Shown in pieces: positions 10,922-21,389 of a DNA stretch of 64,000 bases. The notes beneath the pieces are model-generated. The model was not told the origin of the DNA and searched no databases. It saw only the letters and a list, made by a program, of their open reading frames with translations. Numbering within the stretch: position 1 is the first letter of the stretch; the number at the start of each line of letters is the position of its first letter. Source of the DNA: an uncultured delta proteobacterium (lineage in GTDB: Bacteria > Myxococcota > B64-G9). The stretch covers positions 288,001-352,000 of the forward strand of contig CAVWHX010000004.1 of NCBI GenBank assembly GCA_963754925.1, in the 5' to 3' direction. The translations under genes were made by a program, and so were the position numbers.

Positions 10922-11387
10922 CCATGCGCAGCGCCTTCTGCCCGTTGGTGTACCGACCATGGTGGGGGTCGATTACTCTGAATCCGCAGCGGGTAAAGAA
11001 AGCGACGCCAGCTTTGTTCGACTCGGCGCAGGTCAGTTGTATCTCCCGCACATCACGCCAATCCGCCATTTGTCTCACCAGGGATACGGTCTGGTCCATC
11101 ATGGACCGGCCAACGCCCTGTCGCTGCATCCCCGGCACTACCGCAATCGCGAGAACATCGGCGATCCATGAATCACGCTCCCGATTACCCGCACTCCACG
11201 GTAAAAATCCCATCATCAAAAAACCGACCATCTTCCGTGCATGCCGAGCGACGTAAGTGGTAACCCCTTGGGTATTGAAAAAGCGCGGCAGCAACCGCAC
11301 ATACGCTTCGTATCTGGAGAAGGCTTCCTCGGCAATAGCTTGGATGCTATCTAAATCCTTCCGTTGGCTGGGTTCGACCACTACCAT
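10905..11387 (-). CDS. GNAT family N-acetyltransferase (RimI-like)
   Basis: Acetyl-CoA binding motif AVVPGMQRQGVG, plus N..GVAFFTRCGF. Confidence 0.88.
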   Translation of the reverse strand: MVVVEPSQRKDLDSIQAIAEEAFSRYEAYVRLLPRFFNTQGVTTYVARHARKMVGFLMMGFLPWSAGNRERDSWIADVLAIAVVPGMQRQGVGRSMMDQTVSLVRQMADWRDVREIQLTCAESNKAGVAFFTRCGFRVIDPHHGRYTNGQKALRMAKAFP

Positions 11388-11536
11388 GACATAACCATAG
11401 AATGTTTTTTATAACGATTGCCAACGAAAATTTTTTATATCTTGATATACAATAGTGATTTAATTATTGACGCCACCGCAACCATGGGCCAACGCGACGT
11501 ATCGGTGTTTATCCGATAGAGCGGGAAACCGGACTG

Positions 11537-13175
11537 CTACCGTATTGCAAATATCAACACGATCCAAGACTCCCCCGGCGTCTGGGAGAGGGAAGCCTGC
11601 GCCACACCCACGCCCAGGCGGTTGAGGTTCTCGTCAAGAACCTCTGGCGCGGCCAACACCCGCTGCAGCTGGCCGGTTAAAAAGTAGCGGATGCGCGGGT
11701 CATTCAATTCGAGGCGTTTTCGAAGCTCACCGAAGAGGCGCTCACCCTCGGCTGCAACCTGAGCATTTTTCTGCATTGCTAAGCGTCGGGCGCTCTGGCG
11801 AGCGGCCTGGGAGAGTTGTTCATCCGCGCCGAGAACCAACAGCCCACGCTGCTTGCGCGCCTGGTTGATGGCATCGTGCACCCGCCGGGCCAGGGTTGCG
11901 ACATCCCCGGTGTCGGGAGATTCGATAAAGACCTCAGTGACTGCCAGAAAGTCCTCTTCAGTTTGCCGTTCCATGGCTATCCCGACGCCAAGGCGCTGCA
12001 CACTGGGATCAAGGACATTAAGCCGATGGCCCGGGCTTTCGAGAATGCGCTCGTGGGCCGCCTCGGGACTGCTTCCGAGCGCCACGTTTTCGAGCGCCCG
12101 CATGAATACCACCTTGCGTTTCCGGAGCCGGTCTGACAGAGCTCCCGAGGCGGCCGTGCGATGCACGGCGTGCCGATCAACTAAAAGCTGGAGCGAGTGC
12201 TCGCGCGCCACCGCGCTGAGCTGTTCGTCGAGTTGCAAGGGGGGAAGATTCTGCTTAGCCCGCGCTTGATTGATGAGCTGCGCGAGCGCCCGCTCGGAAT
12301 CGCCCGGGTTGTTATACCGGTTGGGCGCGAGAGGGAGCTTGGCGGTGGGCAACGCATCGGGCGCAACGCCGACATAGAGGGGAACCAGCGCCGCAACCTC
12401 GGGGCCGCTCGGCCCCTGGACGATAAGCTCTAACTGGTAGATTCCCCGGCCGTAGTCGAAGCTTAACCGTTCCGCGCCAAACTCCCGCCTCGTACAACAG
12501 CGTATCGGACTCCACTCCCCCGCTCGGTAATCCCAGCAGCAAGCGCGGATAGTTGTAGTCCTCCCGCAGCTGCGCGCGCAGAGCGACCCGCGACCCTGGT
12601 TCCGGGCACACGGGCAGCGGGTCAAGCCGGGCCGGCCGCCGGCCGATCAAGAGCGTCGTGATTACCTTTTGCCGGTCTTTACTGAGGGCCACGCCCAACC
12701 CGAAATGCGTGTAACGATTGGGGGCGACCCCATCGTCCAAGAACTGCAGCAGGCCCGCCGGCACCTCTTTGTCCGGGCTGACCGCCGAAAATGGCAACAT
12801 GGCCGCATCGGTCACCCCGCGATCGCGCAGCTCCAAGCGCAAGCGATCAATCGACAGGGAGCGCTCTAGCGGCAGGTCGGCTTGCAGCAGGTGTTCGCTC
12901 CACAAGCGCGCCACGCGAGCGTAACGCGCATCCCATGAAAGCTTAACGCCGTGCTCGCGGCACCAACTCTGCACCGCGGCATTGAAGACTTCCTCGTCCG
13001 GAGAGCAAACAAACCGTTCCTCGCGCTCGTAGTTTTGGGTGCAGGTGACGTTCGCTTCATCCTGAGCCGCGGCTGGCTCGCACAGCACCAATAGCGCTAG
13101 ACTCGCCGTCAGCACTAACACTGACGACGATCGTTGAAAAATTGTTTTAAGGATTCTCACCCGCGCCTCGCACAT
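11537..13175 (-). CDS. Secreted multi-CAP/SCP-domain protein, split by one frameshift at ~12465
   Basis: Signal-like N-terminus. CAP motifs INQARAKQNLPPLQLDEQLSAVAREHS, ENVA, ESPGHRLNVL and GVG. The two ORFs join as GVWRGTV-SFDYGRG when one base is removed. Confidence 0.8.
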
Positions 13176-13331
13176 AAATGCTCCGTGTTCCCCTAAATTG
13201 TGAAACAAGATATCAGAATTCAGCCAATCCGGCAAAGATATAAAGCTTGTGCGGCAAGCACCTACATTGACAGATCGGGCGATATTGAGTTATTATGTAT
13301 TGATAATATCTTGCGCACGCGGAGGTATTGT

Positions 13332-14879
13332 ATGCAGCGATGTTGGATAATCGGGCTTATGTTTTTTGCCGCTATTTGTTTTTCGTGCTCCAGTAAAAGT
13401 AACAACGGGGGTAATGGGGGCGGGGGTGGTGACGGTACCAACCCACCGGGACCGGATATTGTAGTTGGAGATCCTATAACCGTTGATGACGTAGAAACGG
13501 CTGACTCGACAGTCACTCCCGCTTCAATTAGTCTCGCCCCTACACCTGATGGACAGTGGGCGGTTGCTTATTATAGAGCTGGTCAACTAGTACCTAATGG
13601 TTGTACGGCTCCTATCACGGGCGGGGGATTCACACCAGACATGCTGGATGAAGTTAGTTACGCTTGGTTCGATGGCGCCAACTGGAATCGCGAAACGGTG
13701 GATCAAATCCATTCCAGCTTTCTAGGAGGTATATCATTAGTATTTAATAAAGCTAATCCGGCCCAAGCGTTGATAGCATACTTAGGTGGTCCTGATTCAA
13801 GTCAATGCTGTGGCGGGAGTAAATTGATTCAAGCATCTCGTATTGCAGCAAGCAACTGGAACATTAGCAATCCACCAATTGTTAGTAGCTCTGGCCAGGC
13901 TGCATCTGGTACTGACTCGAACGGAATTCCTAATTGCCCTGAGGATCAGAATCTTTGTAATATTGGCGATATGGTTGGCCTTTGGCCGTCACAGGCAGTC
14001 GCTCCGGACGGAACGATAGGTATCGTCTATAAAGACTTGCATCTTTGTTATGCTATAACAGACGTGGATAAATCAGATGTTGAATTGGCTTATACAAATG
14101 GAAGTAACTGGGCGCACGAATGGATAGATCTCGGAAGAGGAGGAGGAAGTTATAGCAGACTCGTGTATGATAGCAACAATGTGCCGGCGGTTGCTTTTTA
14201 TAACGGTCCAATTGGGAGCATCTTTTTTTCCAAACGCGGCGCCAGTCAATGGCCCTGGGATTACTGCGGGAAATTTGGAACTCAACAATATCAATGCCTA
14301 CCGGGCTACACATGTGATAATGGTGGATCTCAACCTAGTATGCGGTGTGGCATTGAAGTGGCCACCAACGTCAGCGGCCTGCCGGAAGGTTCTCTGTCCC
14401 TCGCCATCGGACCGGATGGGAGCTATTTGCTCGCACATTTTGATCCCAAAAACTTTAACTTAGTTTTTTCTTATTCAACCGACGGCGTTACTTGGCAATC
14501 GGGCGCAATTGACACCGATGGCTCAATCGGAATGTACCCAAATGTGATGATTCATCCAACTACCAAGAAACCGGTTGTTGTTTATTACCGCTGCGGCGAT
14601 TATACGGACGGTCTTAATTGCAACATGAACAGCGATGGATTACGACTAGCCGTTTTTGTCGGAAACTATCCGGGTGATCTTACGACAAAGGCTAAGTGGA
14701 AGCGGTACGATGAACAATACTTTCCGTTTGATAAATCTGCAAGGGATGGATCTTTTGCTTCAGCGGCCATTCAACCTGATGGCACAATCGGTGTAGCTTA
14801 TTTATATTCATGGGTTAACTCGTCAAGTGTAACTCAAAACATTATCAGATTCCGGACCATTACTTTGAAAAATAACTAA
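13332..14879 (+). CDS. Cys-rich, beta-rich hypothetical lipoprotein
   Basis: GGAGG RBS, hydrophobic signal ending in a Cys, Gly-rich linker, propeller-like repeats, AT-richer codon usage. Confidence 0.7.
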   Translation: MQRCWIIGLMFFAAICFSCSSKSNNGGNGGGGGDGTNPPGPDIVVGDPITVDDVETADSTVTPASISLAPTPDGQWAVAYYRAGQLVPNGCTAPITGGGFTPDMLDEVSYAWFDGANWNRETVDQIHSSFLGGISLVFNKANPAQALIAYLGGPDSSQCCGGSKLIQASRIAASNWNISNPPIVSSSGQAASGTDSNGIPNCPEDQNLCNIGDMVGLWPSQAVAPDGTIGIVYKDLHLCYAITDVDKSDVELAYTNGSNWAHEWIDLGRGGGSYSRLVYDSNNVPAVAFYNGPIGSIFFSKRGASQWPWDYCGKFGTQQYQCLPGYTCDNGGSQPSMRCGIEVATNVSGLPEGSLSLAIGPDGSYLLAHFDPKNFNLVFSYSTDGVTWQSGAIDTDGSIGMYPNVMIHPTTKKPVVVYYRCGDYTDGLNCNMNSDGLRLAVFVGNYPGDLTTKAKWKRYDEQYFPFDKSARDGSFASAAIQPDGTIGVAYLYSWVNSSSVTQNIIRFRTITLKNN

Positions 14880-14889
14880 GGAGACTCCC

Positions 14890-15336
14890 ATGCATCGATT
14901 GTTCGGCCTCCTATTATTGCCTGCCGTCCTCCTTTTCGGTTGCAGCGGAGGAGGCAAATGCCCATCCGGCAGCGAGTGCAAGTACGACAGTTGTGCATGC
15001 ACCGAGGTCAGTTGCCAGTACTACAGCGATGGAATCAGAGTGATATACATGAACGGTACGGCCTACACCGCAATAATCGGAATTGATACAACCGGAATCA
15101 ATCCAATTCAAGGTCATGAATTTACGGGAAGTGATATAGGCAATATCGTAACGTTAACTAGTCCGAGCAACGGGTGGACAGACCTTTCAGATCAGAGTCA
15201 CTGCACGATCAATACATTTGGAGGATCAGGTGGCCAGCTTGAAGGAAGTTGTACATTCATATTCGATAAAGTAGGCATCGGAACTTTCAACGCTTATATG
15301 CCGTTCAGCTGCACTTTAGAGGCCGCTCCCCTTTAG
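14890..15336 (+). CDS. Small Cys-rich lipoprotein
   Basis: AAGGAG RBS, lipobox LFGC, directly downstream of the previous gene. Confidence 0.75.
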   Translation: MHRLFGLLLLPAVLLFGCSGGGKCPSGSECKYDSCACTEVSCQYYSDGIRVIYMNGTAYTAIIGIDTTGINPIQGHEFTGSDIGNIVTLTSPSNGWTDLSDQSHCTINTFGGSGGQLEGSCTFIFDKVGIGTFNAYMPFSCTLEAAPL

Positions 15337-15366
15337 TTGGGTGTCGAGTTTGATTCCGCAAGAGAT

Positions 15367-15555
15367 TTAGGTGTGTTTCTCAAGGTGTTCCTGAAAAGAG
15401 CTTTCTACATTTTGAAGACGGGTTTCGTGATAATTGGTGATGGAAGTCAATAACCCTGTGTTCTGTTTTATTTCTTTCACATCTTTTTTGATCTCACCGA
15501 TGTCGGATTCAACGTGATAAATATGCTTTTCCACATGACCTATCCGGTTCTCCAT
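15367..15555 (-). CDS. Small coiled-coil hypothetical protein
   Basis: Heptad pattern (IGHVEKHIYHVESDIGEIKKDVKEIKQ). The frame stays open upstream to an ATA codon at ~15612. Confidence 0.45.
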   Translation of the reverse strand: MENRIGHVEKHIYHVESDIGEIKKDVKEIKQNTGLLTSITNYHETRLQNVESSFQEHLEKHT

Positions 15556-15770
15556 CAGATAAATCTTATCGAGCGTCTCTTCAATATGGTTATTGCTGGA
15601 TTTACTTGCTATGATTCTTACCTTATAGAAGAATTCTCAGCGCAAAAATCGAAGCAAACTAGCATCTGAGATTTATTTGGTCAATGGGTATAGATCTCTT
15701 ACTCCCAACTAGTCGATAATACTACAATAAAAATTATTAAAATTCGTCTCTATCCTTTTAAAAGATGCTA

Positions 15771-15893
15771 TTTTGTCCTTGCAAGGCGAAAGCCTATATT
15801 GCCAAACTTGTCGTACGGGTTGTCGGTGCCCACGTCGCCAATCGGAAGGAGATCGGCGTAGTTGAACCAGCTCCCGCCGCGTAACACGCGGCT
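15771..15893 (-). other. Candidate DGR variable region (VR)
   Basis: The segment RGGSW...IGFR is dominated by NNC/NNT codons derivable from AAC/AAT by adenine substitution only. Confidence 0.6.
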
Positions 15894-17255
15894 ATATCCT
15901 GGGTACCAGTCAAAACACCACTCCCATACATTGCCGCTCATGTCATATATACCCAAGGCATTAGCGATTTTGCCTTTCACCGGTTGGGTTGTTGTTGTGT
16001 TACCGGTCCCTTGGGTAAGACTGAACCCAAACCATGCGACAGCATTGTCGGCATTGAAATCAGTATTATCCGCTATCGCTCCGCTGGCGTAACTGCCCGG
16101 CGTCCAATAAATGCCGATATTAGATATACCCCATCCTGGATTTGTCATGCCTATATATCGAGCCGCGCACTCCCATTCCATACTCCCTGGCAGTTTGAAC
16201 CCATTGGCATCGGAGTTGACATAAGGATTGTCTTCAGTACCCAAAGCAGTGGTAATAGTAGTGCTATTATCCACGATCCGGATAGGAGTGATCTGATCCG
16301 CAACAGTATAAACCGCTGTAAGCCCGGCTAACTCACTGGCGGCATTACACCACACCATGGCATCCCGCCAGTTGATGGTGGTTACGGGGTCTTGGTTTGT
16401 GCCTATCGGACCTGTATTGACATCGCCACCCTGTCTACCTGGATTGGCAAATGTATATCCGTTTGATGTAGCCCAGGTGTATACGGCACTCCACAACTCG
16501 TAGGTCACCTCTATTTCACCCATCCAGAATGCGCTCACCGTTTGGCTGCTTCCTGAATCATTTGTACCGGTAGGGAAGGTGCCTCCTGGTACATATTTCA
16601 TGTTGAAAGTGACGCCTGCTATTGAAGGAGGGCAGCATCCACCGCCACCTACACAGGCTGTTATCGGTGTGTTCACGCACGTTGCCGTGCAGGTGCCGGC
16701 GTTTTGAAGCGCCGAGGCGGTGCAGGAGTTAGGAGACGTGCAGCTCGTTGGGCATGCGCCTGGTTGACCAGCGGGAATTCCCGTGTCGCAGGTCTCACCA
16801 ACCGATACTACTCCGTCGCCGCAGCGGATAGAGCAATCATTATCGTTGCTAATGTTACAGTTGGACGGGCAACAACCATCGTCGTTCACGCATCCAAGAG
16901 ACAAAGAGCACTCATTGATTTTAACATTTTGAGTAAATATTGCGCCTGAGTTGTCAACTCTGTTCATATCTTTACCCTGCCTGGTGTCATCCTTTACCAT
17001 CACCTTGACCGTAAGTGTTTCGCTATCTGTGGTTGGTATGCTGGGAACCAACACTACGTTGTTCACCACATTGTTTGTTAACCAGGCGTTGCTTTTGTTG
17101 CTATCGCTCTCATCCACTTTCAAGGTCAGCCAATTCAATTTTCCTGAGGTATCATTCGTAAACGACCAGGCGTATGGCGTTGACGTGCCCCCCGAAAACT
17201 GGACCATTTTCAATGAGAGTTCCTTCGGCTAGAATGCCGGAAAGGAGCTTGCTCA

Positions 17256-17522
17256 ATGAAAGGGAAACGGTTTTCTGAGGATAAGATCATCGGGATATTG
17301 AAAGAAGCCGAAGCGGGGGTGAAGCTGTCTGATCTGTGTCGTACGCATGGCTTCTGCGAACAAACGTACTACCGTTGGAAATCCAAGTACGGCGGGATGG
17401 ACGTCAGCGAGGCGCGGCGGCTGAAGCAGCTTGAGGAAGAAAACCGAAGGCTGAAGCGTGCCGTGGCCGATCTCACTCTCGACAACCAGATCTTGAGGGA
17501 TATCAACTCAAGAAAATGGTGA
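17256..17522 (+). CDS. IS3 transposase OrfA (HTH)
   Basis: KRFSEDKIIGILKEAEAG...TYYRWKSKYGG...LEEENRRLK. Confidence 0.95.
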   Translation: MKGKRFSEDKIIGILKEAEAGVKLSDLCRTHGFCEQTYYRWKSKYGGMDVSEARRLKQLEEENRRLKRAVADLTLDNQILRDINSRKW

Positions 17523-18427
17523 AGCCCGCAGCGCGAAAGCAGGCCGTTGTGCATGCCCGCGAGGAATTTGGGGTGAGCGAACGACGCGCCTGCGGGCTGA
17601 TGAGGATCGGGCGATCGAGCTTTCGGTACCGTTCGGTAGGCCAACTGTATCCGCAGTTGCGGGAGCGTCTTTTAGAGCTTGCGGCGCAGCGGGTACGCTT
17701 CGGATATCGACGGTTGCAGGTGTTATTGCGGCGGGAAGGGTATGTGGTGAATCACAAGCGGGTGTATCGGCTGTATCGGCAAGAGGGATTGAGCGTGAGG
17801 AAGAAGCAGCGCAAGAGATACCGGAGCATCGCGCGGCAGCCGCTGCGTCTTCCGGAAGGACTCAACGAGCGATGGTCGATGGATTTTCTATCTGATTGTC
17901 TCTCAGATGGGCGACGGTTGAAGGTGTTGAGCGTGCTGGATGAATTCAGTCGAGAGAGTCTTGCCTTACCCGTAGACACGTCCATTTCCGGCAGCCGGGT
18001 GGCCAGGATTTTGGACGATATTGCCGCTGAACGGGGTAGGTATCCCGAAGCGATGGTGACGGATAACGGTCCGGAGTTCACGAGTCGTGCGCTGGACCTC
18101 TGGGCGTACCGGCATGGGGTGCAGTTGCATTTTATCGAGCCAGGCAAGCCGGTGCAGAATGCCCTGATCGAAAGCTTCAACGGCAAATTTCGAGATGAAT
18201 GTCTCAATCAACATTGGTTTATAAATCTACAAGATGCTCGTAATAAAATCGAATCATGGCGGATGGATTACAATCATGTGCGGCCACACAGCTCGCTCGG
18301 ACAGGAGACACCGGCGGAGTTCGCGCGACAGTTTTCAGAGCTTCGGTCGCCTCCGGCTCCCTTCGCTCTGAAAACTGTTGTTGCTATGGATAAAGGAACG
18401 ATGGTTAACCATGAACAACTCTCATAG
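17516..18427 (+). CDS. IS3 transposase OrfB (DDE integrase core)
   Basis: FGYRR, WSMDF, TDNGPEF, IESFNGKFRDE and RPHSSLG motifs. Overlaps orfA in the -1 frame. Confidence 0.95.
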   Translation: MVKPAARKQAVVHAREEFGVSERRACGLMRIGRSSFRYRSVGQLYPQLRERLLELAAQRVRFGYRRLQVLLRREGYVVNHKRVYRLYRQEGLSVRKKQRKRYRSIARQPLRLPEGLNERWSMDFLSDCLSDGRRLKVLSVLDEFSRESLALPVDTSISGSRVARILDDIAAERGRYPEAMVTDNGPEFTSRALDLWAYRHGVQLHFIEPGKPVQNALIESFNGKFRDECLNQHWFINLQDARNKIESWRMDYNHVRPHSSLGQETPAEFARQFSELRSPPAPFALKTVVAMDKGTMVNHEQLS

Positions 18428-18914
18428 AGAGTGGTCCTATGAACGGGGGCACGTCAGCGTTTCGCCTCCTGTTGCCGTTAGCTCAATACTATAATTTGTT
18501 TGCCCAACCATCGGGTCTTTCCAACCTCCAGGGGAAGTTATCGTTATCGTCAAGGGAGCTACCAGAACACACTTGCCACAGGCATCCATAGAACAGGAGT
18601 GCAGGCCTTCGGAAGTAGTCAGACATTGATCATTGCTCGTACAGCAGTAATCACTGCTTGTGGCACACCCTCCCAACACCAAGAGCACCATGGTAATAGT
18701 AGTAATAATCAGAATATATTTTCTCACGATTATTCCTCCAAATAGGAATGCTGTCACCGAATTCTTACAAGCTAATCCGATATATTTGTTATAAATAATA
18801 ACCTCTTCTGTTTTTAGCGTCAAGGTGTATTGACGATTCGTGTACGATCTCTTCATCATGACCTTGAATCATGCTATGTAGATGGTCGCGTTAAATTATC
18901 ATGCAACTATGTAG

Positions 18915-18930
18915 AGCAATCGTCGTGCCA
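18915..18930 (-). promoter_or_regulatory. sigma54 (-24/-12) promoter of the FGE lipoprotein gene
   Basis: Minus strand reads TGGCACGACGATTGCT, an exact match to TGGCAC-N5-TTGCW, ~190 bp upstream of the start codon. Confidence 0.8.
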
Positions 18931-19048
18931 TACTTATAAGCAAATATAATTGGGCGCCTATAATTACGATAACATATTATTATATATAGGCTAATTGTAT
19001 AAATCCAAAGAAGAAATCGGGGCGGAGATTCTTGCCTATTCCATCCCC

Positions 19049-19086
19049 TGTCCGAGTTTCGGACACATGAGGTCGAAAATCGGACA
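19049..19086. promoter_or_regulatory. Tandem palindromic enhancer-like sites
   Basis: Perfect TGTCCGA-GTT-TCGGACA (19049-19065) and degenerate AGGTCGAAAATCGGACA (19070-19086), offset by 21 bp. Confidence 0.6.
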
Positions 19087-19161
19087 GGTTTTGAGTGAGC
19101 CAATTTCTCTGATTAAATTACAAGCCTGTCTAATCAATATGTTGCACCATCTCATTGGTCC

Positions 19162-19177
19162 TGGCACCATTTCTGCC
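19162..19177 (+). promoter_or_regulatory. sigma54 promoter of the LysM-phosphoesterase gene
   Basis: TGGCAC-CATTT-CTGCC with correct GG/GC spacing. Confidence 0.6.
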
Positions 19178-19213
19178 TTTGATGTACTATAGATGTAAAT
19201 ATTCTCTGGCGAA

Positions 19214-21386
19214 TTGTGTTACCGGCTGCGGAGACCTTTTATGTTTTGGACTCTTTCCAATTTCGCTATGACCATTGATATCGTCGAACCGTCTTCCTCA
19301 TATCCCGACGACAAGAACATGGTTTTTACGACTCCTGATGAGGCAGCGCGGTTTCTTGAAAGGTTTACCATTCGCTGGGACAATTACACGACTGCGCAAA
19401 AAGCGATCATCGCAGCCGGCGAATCGTCACAGTTGCGATCGCATCAGGAAATCGCCGATCAGCTCGCCCGGTTAATCGTTTCAGATCGGTTGCGGTTGCG
19501 AAGGTCGTATCCGTATGAAGACAGAAAATCCCGGACGTCATTCGGAATGCCGCTGGGAGTTTGGGGGCCGCGTAGTACTGTCCAGATTCAGAAACCGACA
19601 ACTACAGCACTGGCGGCTCCGGCGAATGATTGGATCAAGATAAAGATAGTGGACGATCAGACCGGCAAAGCGGTTGCGGGAGTTGAATTGGACTTGAAAG
19701 TCACCGGTGGATTAATTGAACAGCATGAGACACCGTATTCTGGTTTGATCGAGTCGCTTGGTCTGAAACCCGGAGATTGCGAGGTTTCGGGTGATGTTAA
19801 GGATCTCACTCTCAAGAATACCTTACTGTTTGTCGGCGTCGGGGATAAGCCGATTGAGAAATCGAAAGAGGGTGCGAAGGCTGACGGCATTCCCGATCCG
19901 GAGCCGAATAACCGGTACCGAATAGTTAACGTTGAGAAGCACATTGTTCAAAAAGGAGATTCATTCAGGAAGCTAGCAAACGCGGCGGGCATCGCTCGCG
20001 ATGCTTTGGACAAGTTCAATTGGCCCCGGGAAGGAATCTACACGCCGAACGAAGACCTTTATACGTCCGACATCATTTATATTCCGAAGAAGTGGTCCCA
20101 GAAGGGCTTTGAGACCCACCGGGTACATACCATCAGGGTGAAGCGGGAGTTCTTTATTGAGGATGATGTGACAAAAAAGGCAGGCGGCGCCTACCCATCT
20201 CTGAGATACACTCATGATCCCTCACTCGATGGTAGTGGTTTTCGATTCAAGTACGAGGAAGGTGAACTCAAGTGCTCGCATGTGGTCACATTCGATAAAA
20301 GGATCTGTGACGCTTCAGAGGACAAGCGAGCAGCAATCAAGGAGCATGCGAGTTTCATCTATATGGACGTTGGGTGTTGGGTGGACAACGCGGACGGCAA
20401 TCAAACGAAGTGCCGCAACTTTGGCCTAGTGTGTGGCCCGCATGTTTACCTTTGCAAGTATACCGAAGAGAAAAAGGTGCCAAATAGCCGTGTGCCTATC
20501 GTGCAGCAGTTCTTTCGTGAGATGCTAGGCCAGGGATGTGGAATTGAGGTTATTACGTATGCCTACGCTGGCGATGAGACCCGAAGGCCAAAAGAGGATT
20601 CGCAGTTATATTTGTTTCTTGGCGATCTGCACTTGCCTCCTTTGACGTGGTTGATGCGCGCGCCGATACTCGACAAGCTCGGCGATCCTAATATCTTCAA
20701 ACACGCGCACGTTGATCTAGGCACTTTCCTGTTGGGTATTCGACGTCTTTCGCCTAGCACTAAAAAGTTGCTTCATTTTATCCAAACCGGAGATATGTTC
20801 GAGATGTGGATAGGTCATCCGTACCTCTTCAAACAGGGATACAACATGCCAGAATGGGTTGACGACGATGCGCCGAACAGAGCGATTGAATGGGGCAACG
20901 ATGTGATTGACAGCAATGTTTCGACCTTTCGGTCGCTACAAGAGGTATGGGAAGGCGATTTTGCCGAAGTTAGGTTTCTTTGGGGCAATCATGATGACTA
21001 CTTGCGGGAACCTTGTGTAACGGTACAGCTTAGGCAGCCAGATCGGTACGCATATTTTACTGGGCAGAACGGAAATATTTTTTGTGAGCATGGTCATCGA
21101 TTCGACCGGGAGAACTTTGATAATAGAGATGGTGGTAATCTTATCTTAACCACTGGTACTTATTGGTTTCCGCCTCTTCGTGGTTTTGAACCGTTTTTTC
21201 GCTGGGTGCACGGTGTTGGCCATCCTTCAGAACGTGATTCATATCTACTCGGTTCCAGTTTGATTAAATCTTAATATGCGGCTTGATCAACAGAAACAGC
21301 CTTTTACGATCTACGTTATGGCGCACACACATGGCTGCAAAATGTACCGTTGTATTATTGAGCCCAAAATAGGCGAGGAGTTATGA
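19214..21386 (+). CDS. LysM-domain protein with a C-terminal calcineurin-like metallophosphoesterase; frameshift at ~21266; start codon uncertain
   Basis: LysM-like HIVQKGDSFRKLANAAGI. Phosphoesterase motifs GDLH, TGDMFE, GNHD, EHGH. The fifth motif (VMAHTH) lies in the +1 frame after the called stop and ends at TGA 21386. Confidence 0.75.
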
Positions 21387-21389
21387 GTT

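Larger units (their letters stand above)
17181..18456 (+). mobile_element. Complete IS3-family insertion sequence (1276 bp, probably IS407 group)
   Basis: IRL TGACGTGCCCCCCGAAAACTGGACCATTTTCAATGAGAG; IRR reverse complement TGACGTGCCCCCGTTCATAGGACCACTCTCTATGAGAG; 4-bp TSD GCGT at 17177-17180 and 18457-18460. Confidence 0.97.
15768..18727 (-). pseudogene. Lipoprotein with an Ig-like (He_PIG-type) domain, Cys-rich repeats and a C-terminal FGE-sulfatase/CLec domain, interrupted by an IS3 element (559 aa when reconstructed)
   Basis: GTG 18727 with GGAGG RBS and lipobox LGGC. Removing the IS plus one TSD copy restores the frame (ELTATGGET-PYAWSFT). FGE motifs EVTYELW, PVTTINW, EWECAAR, LGIYDMSGNVWEWC, RVLRGGSW and IGFRLAR. 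Confidence 0.9.
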
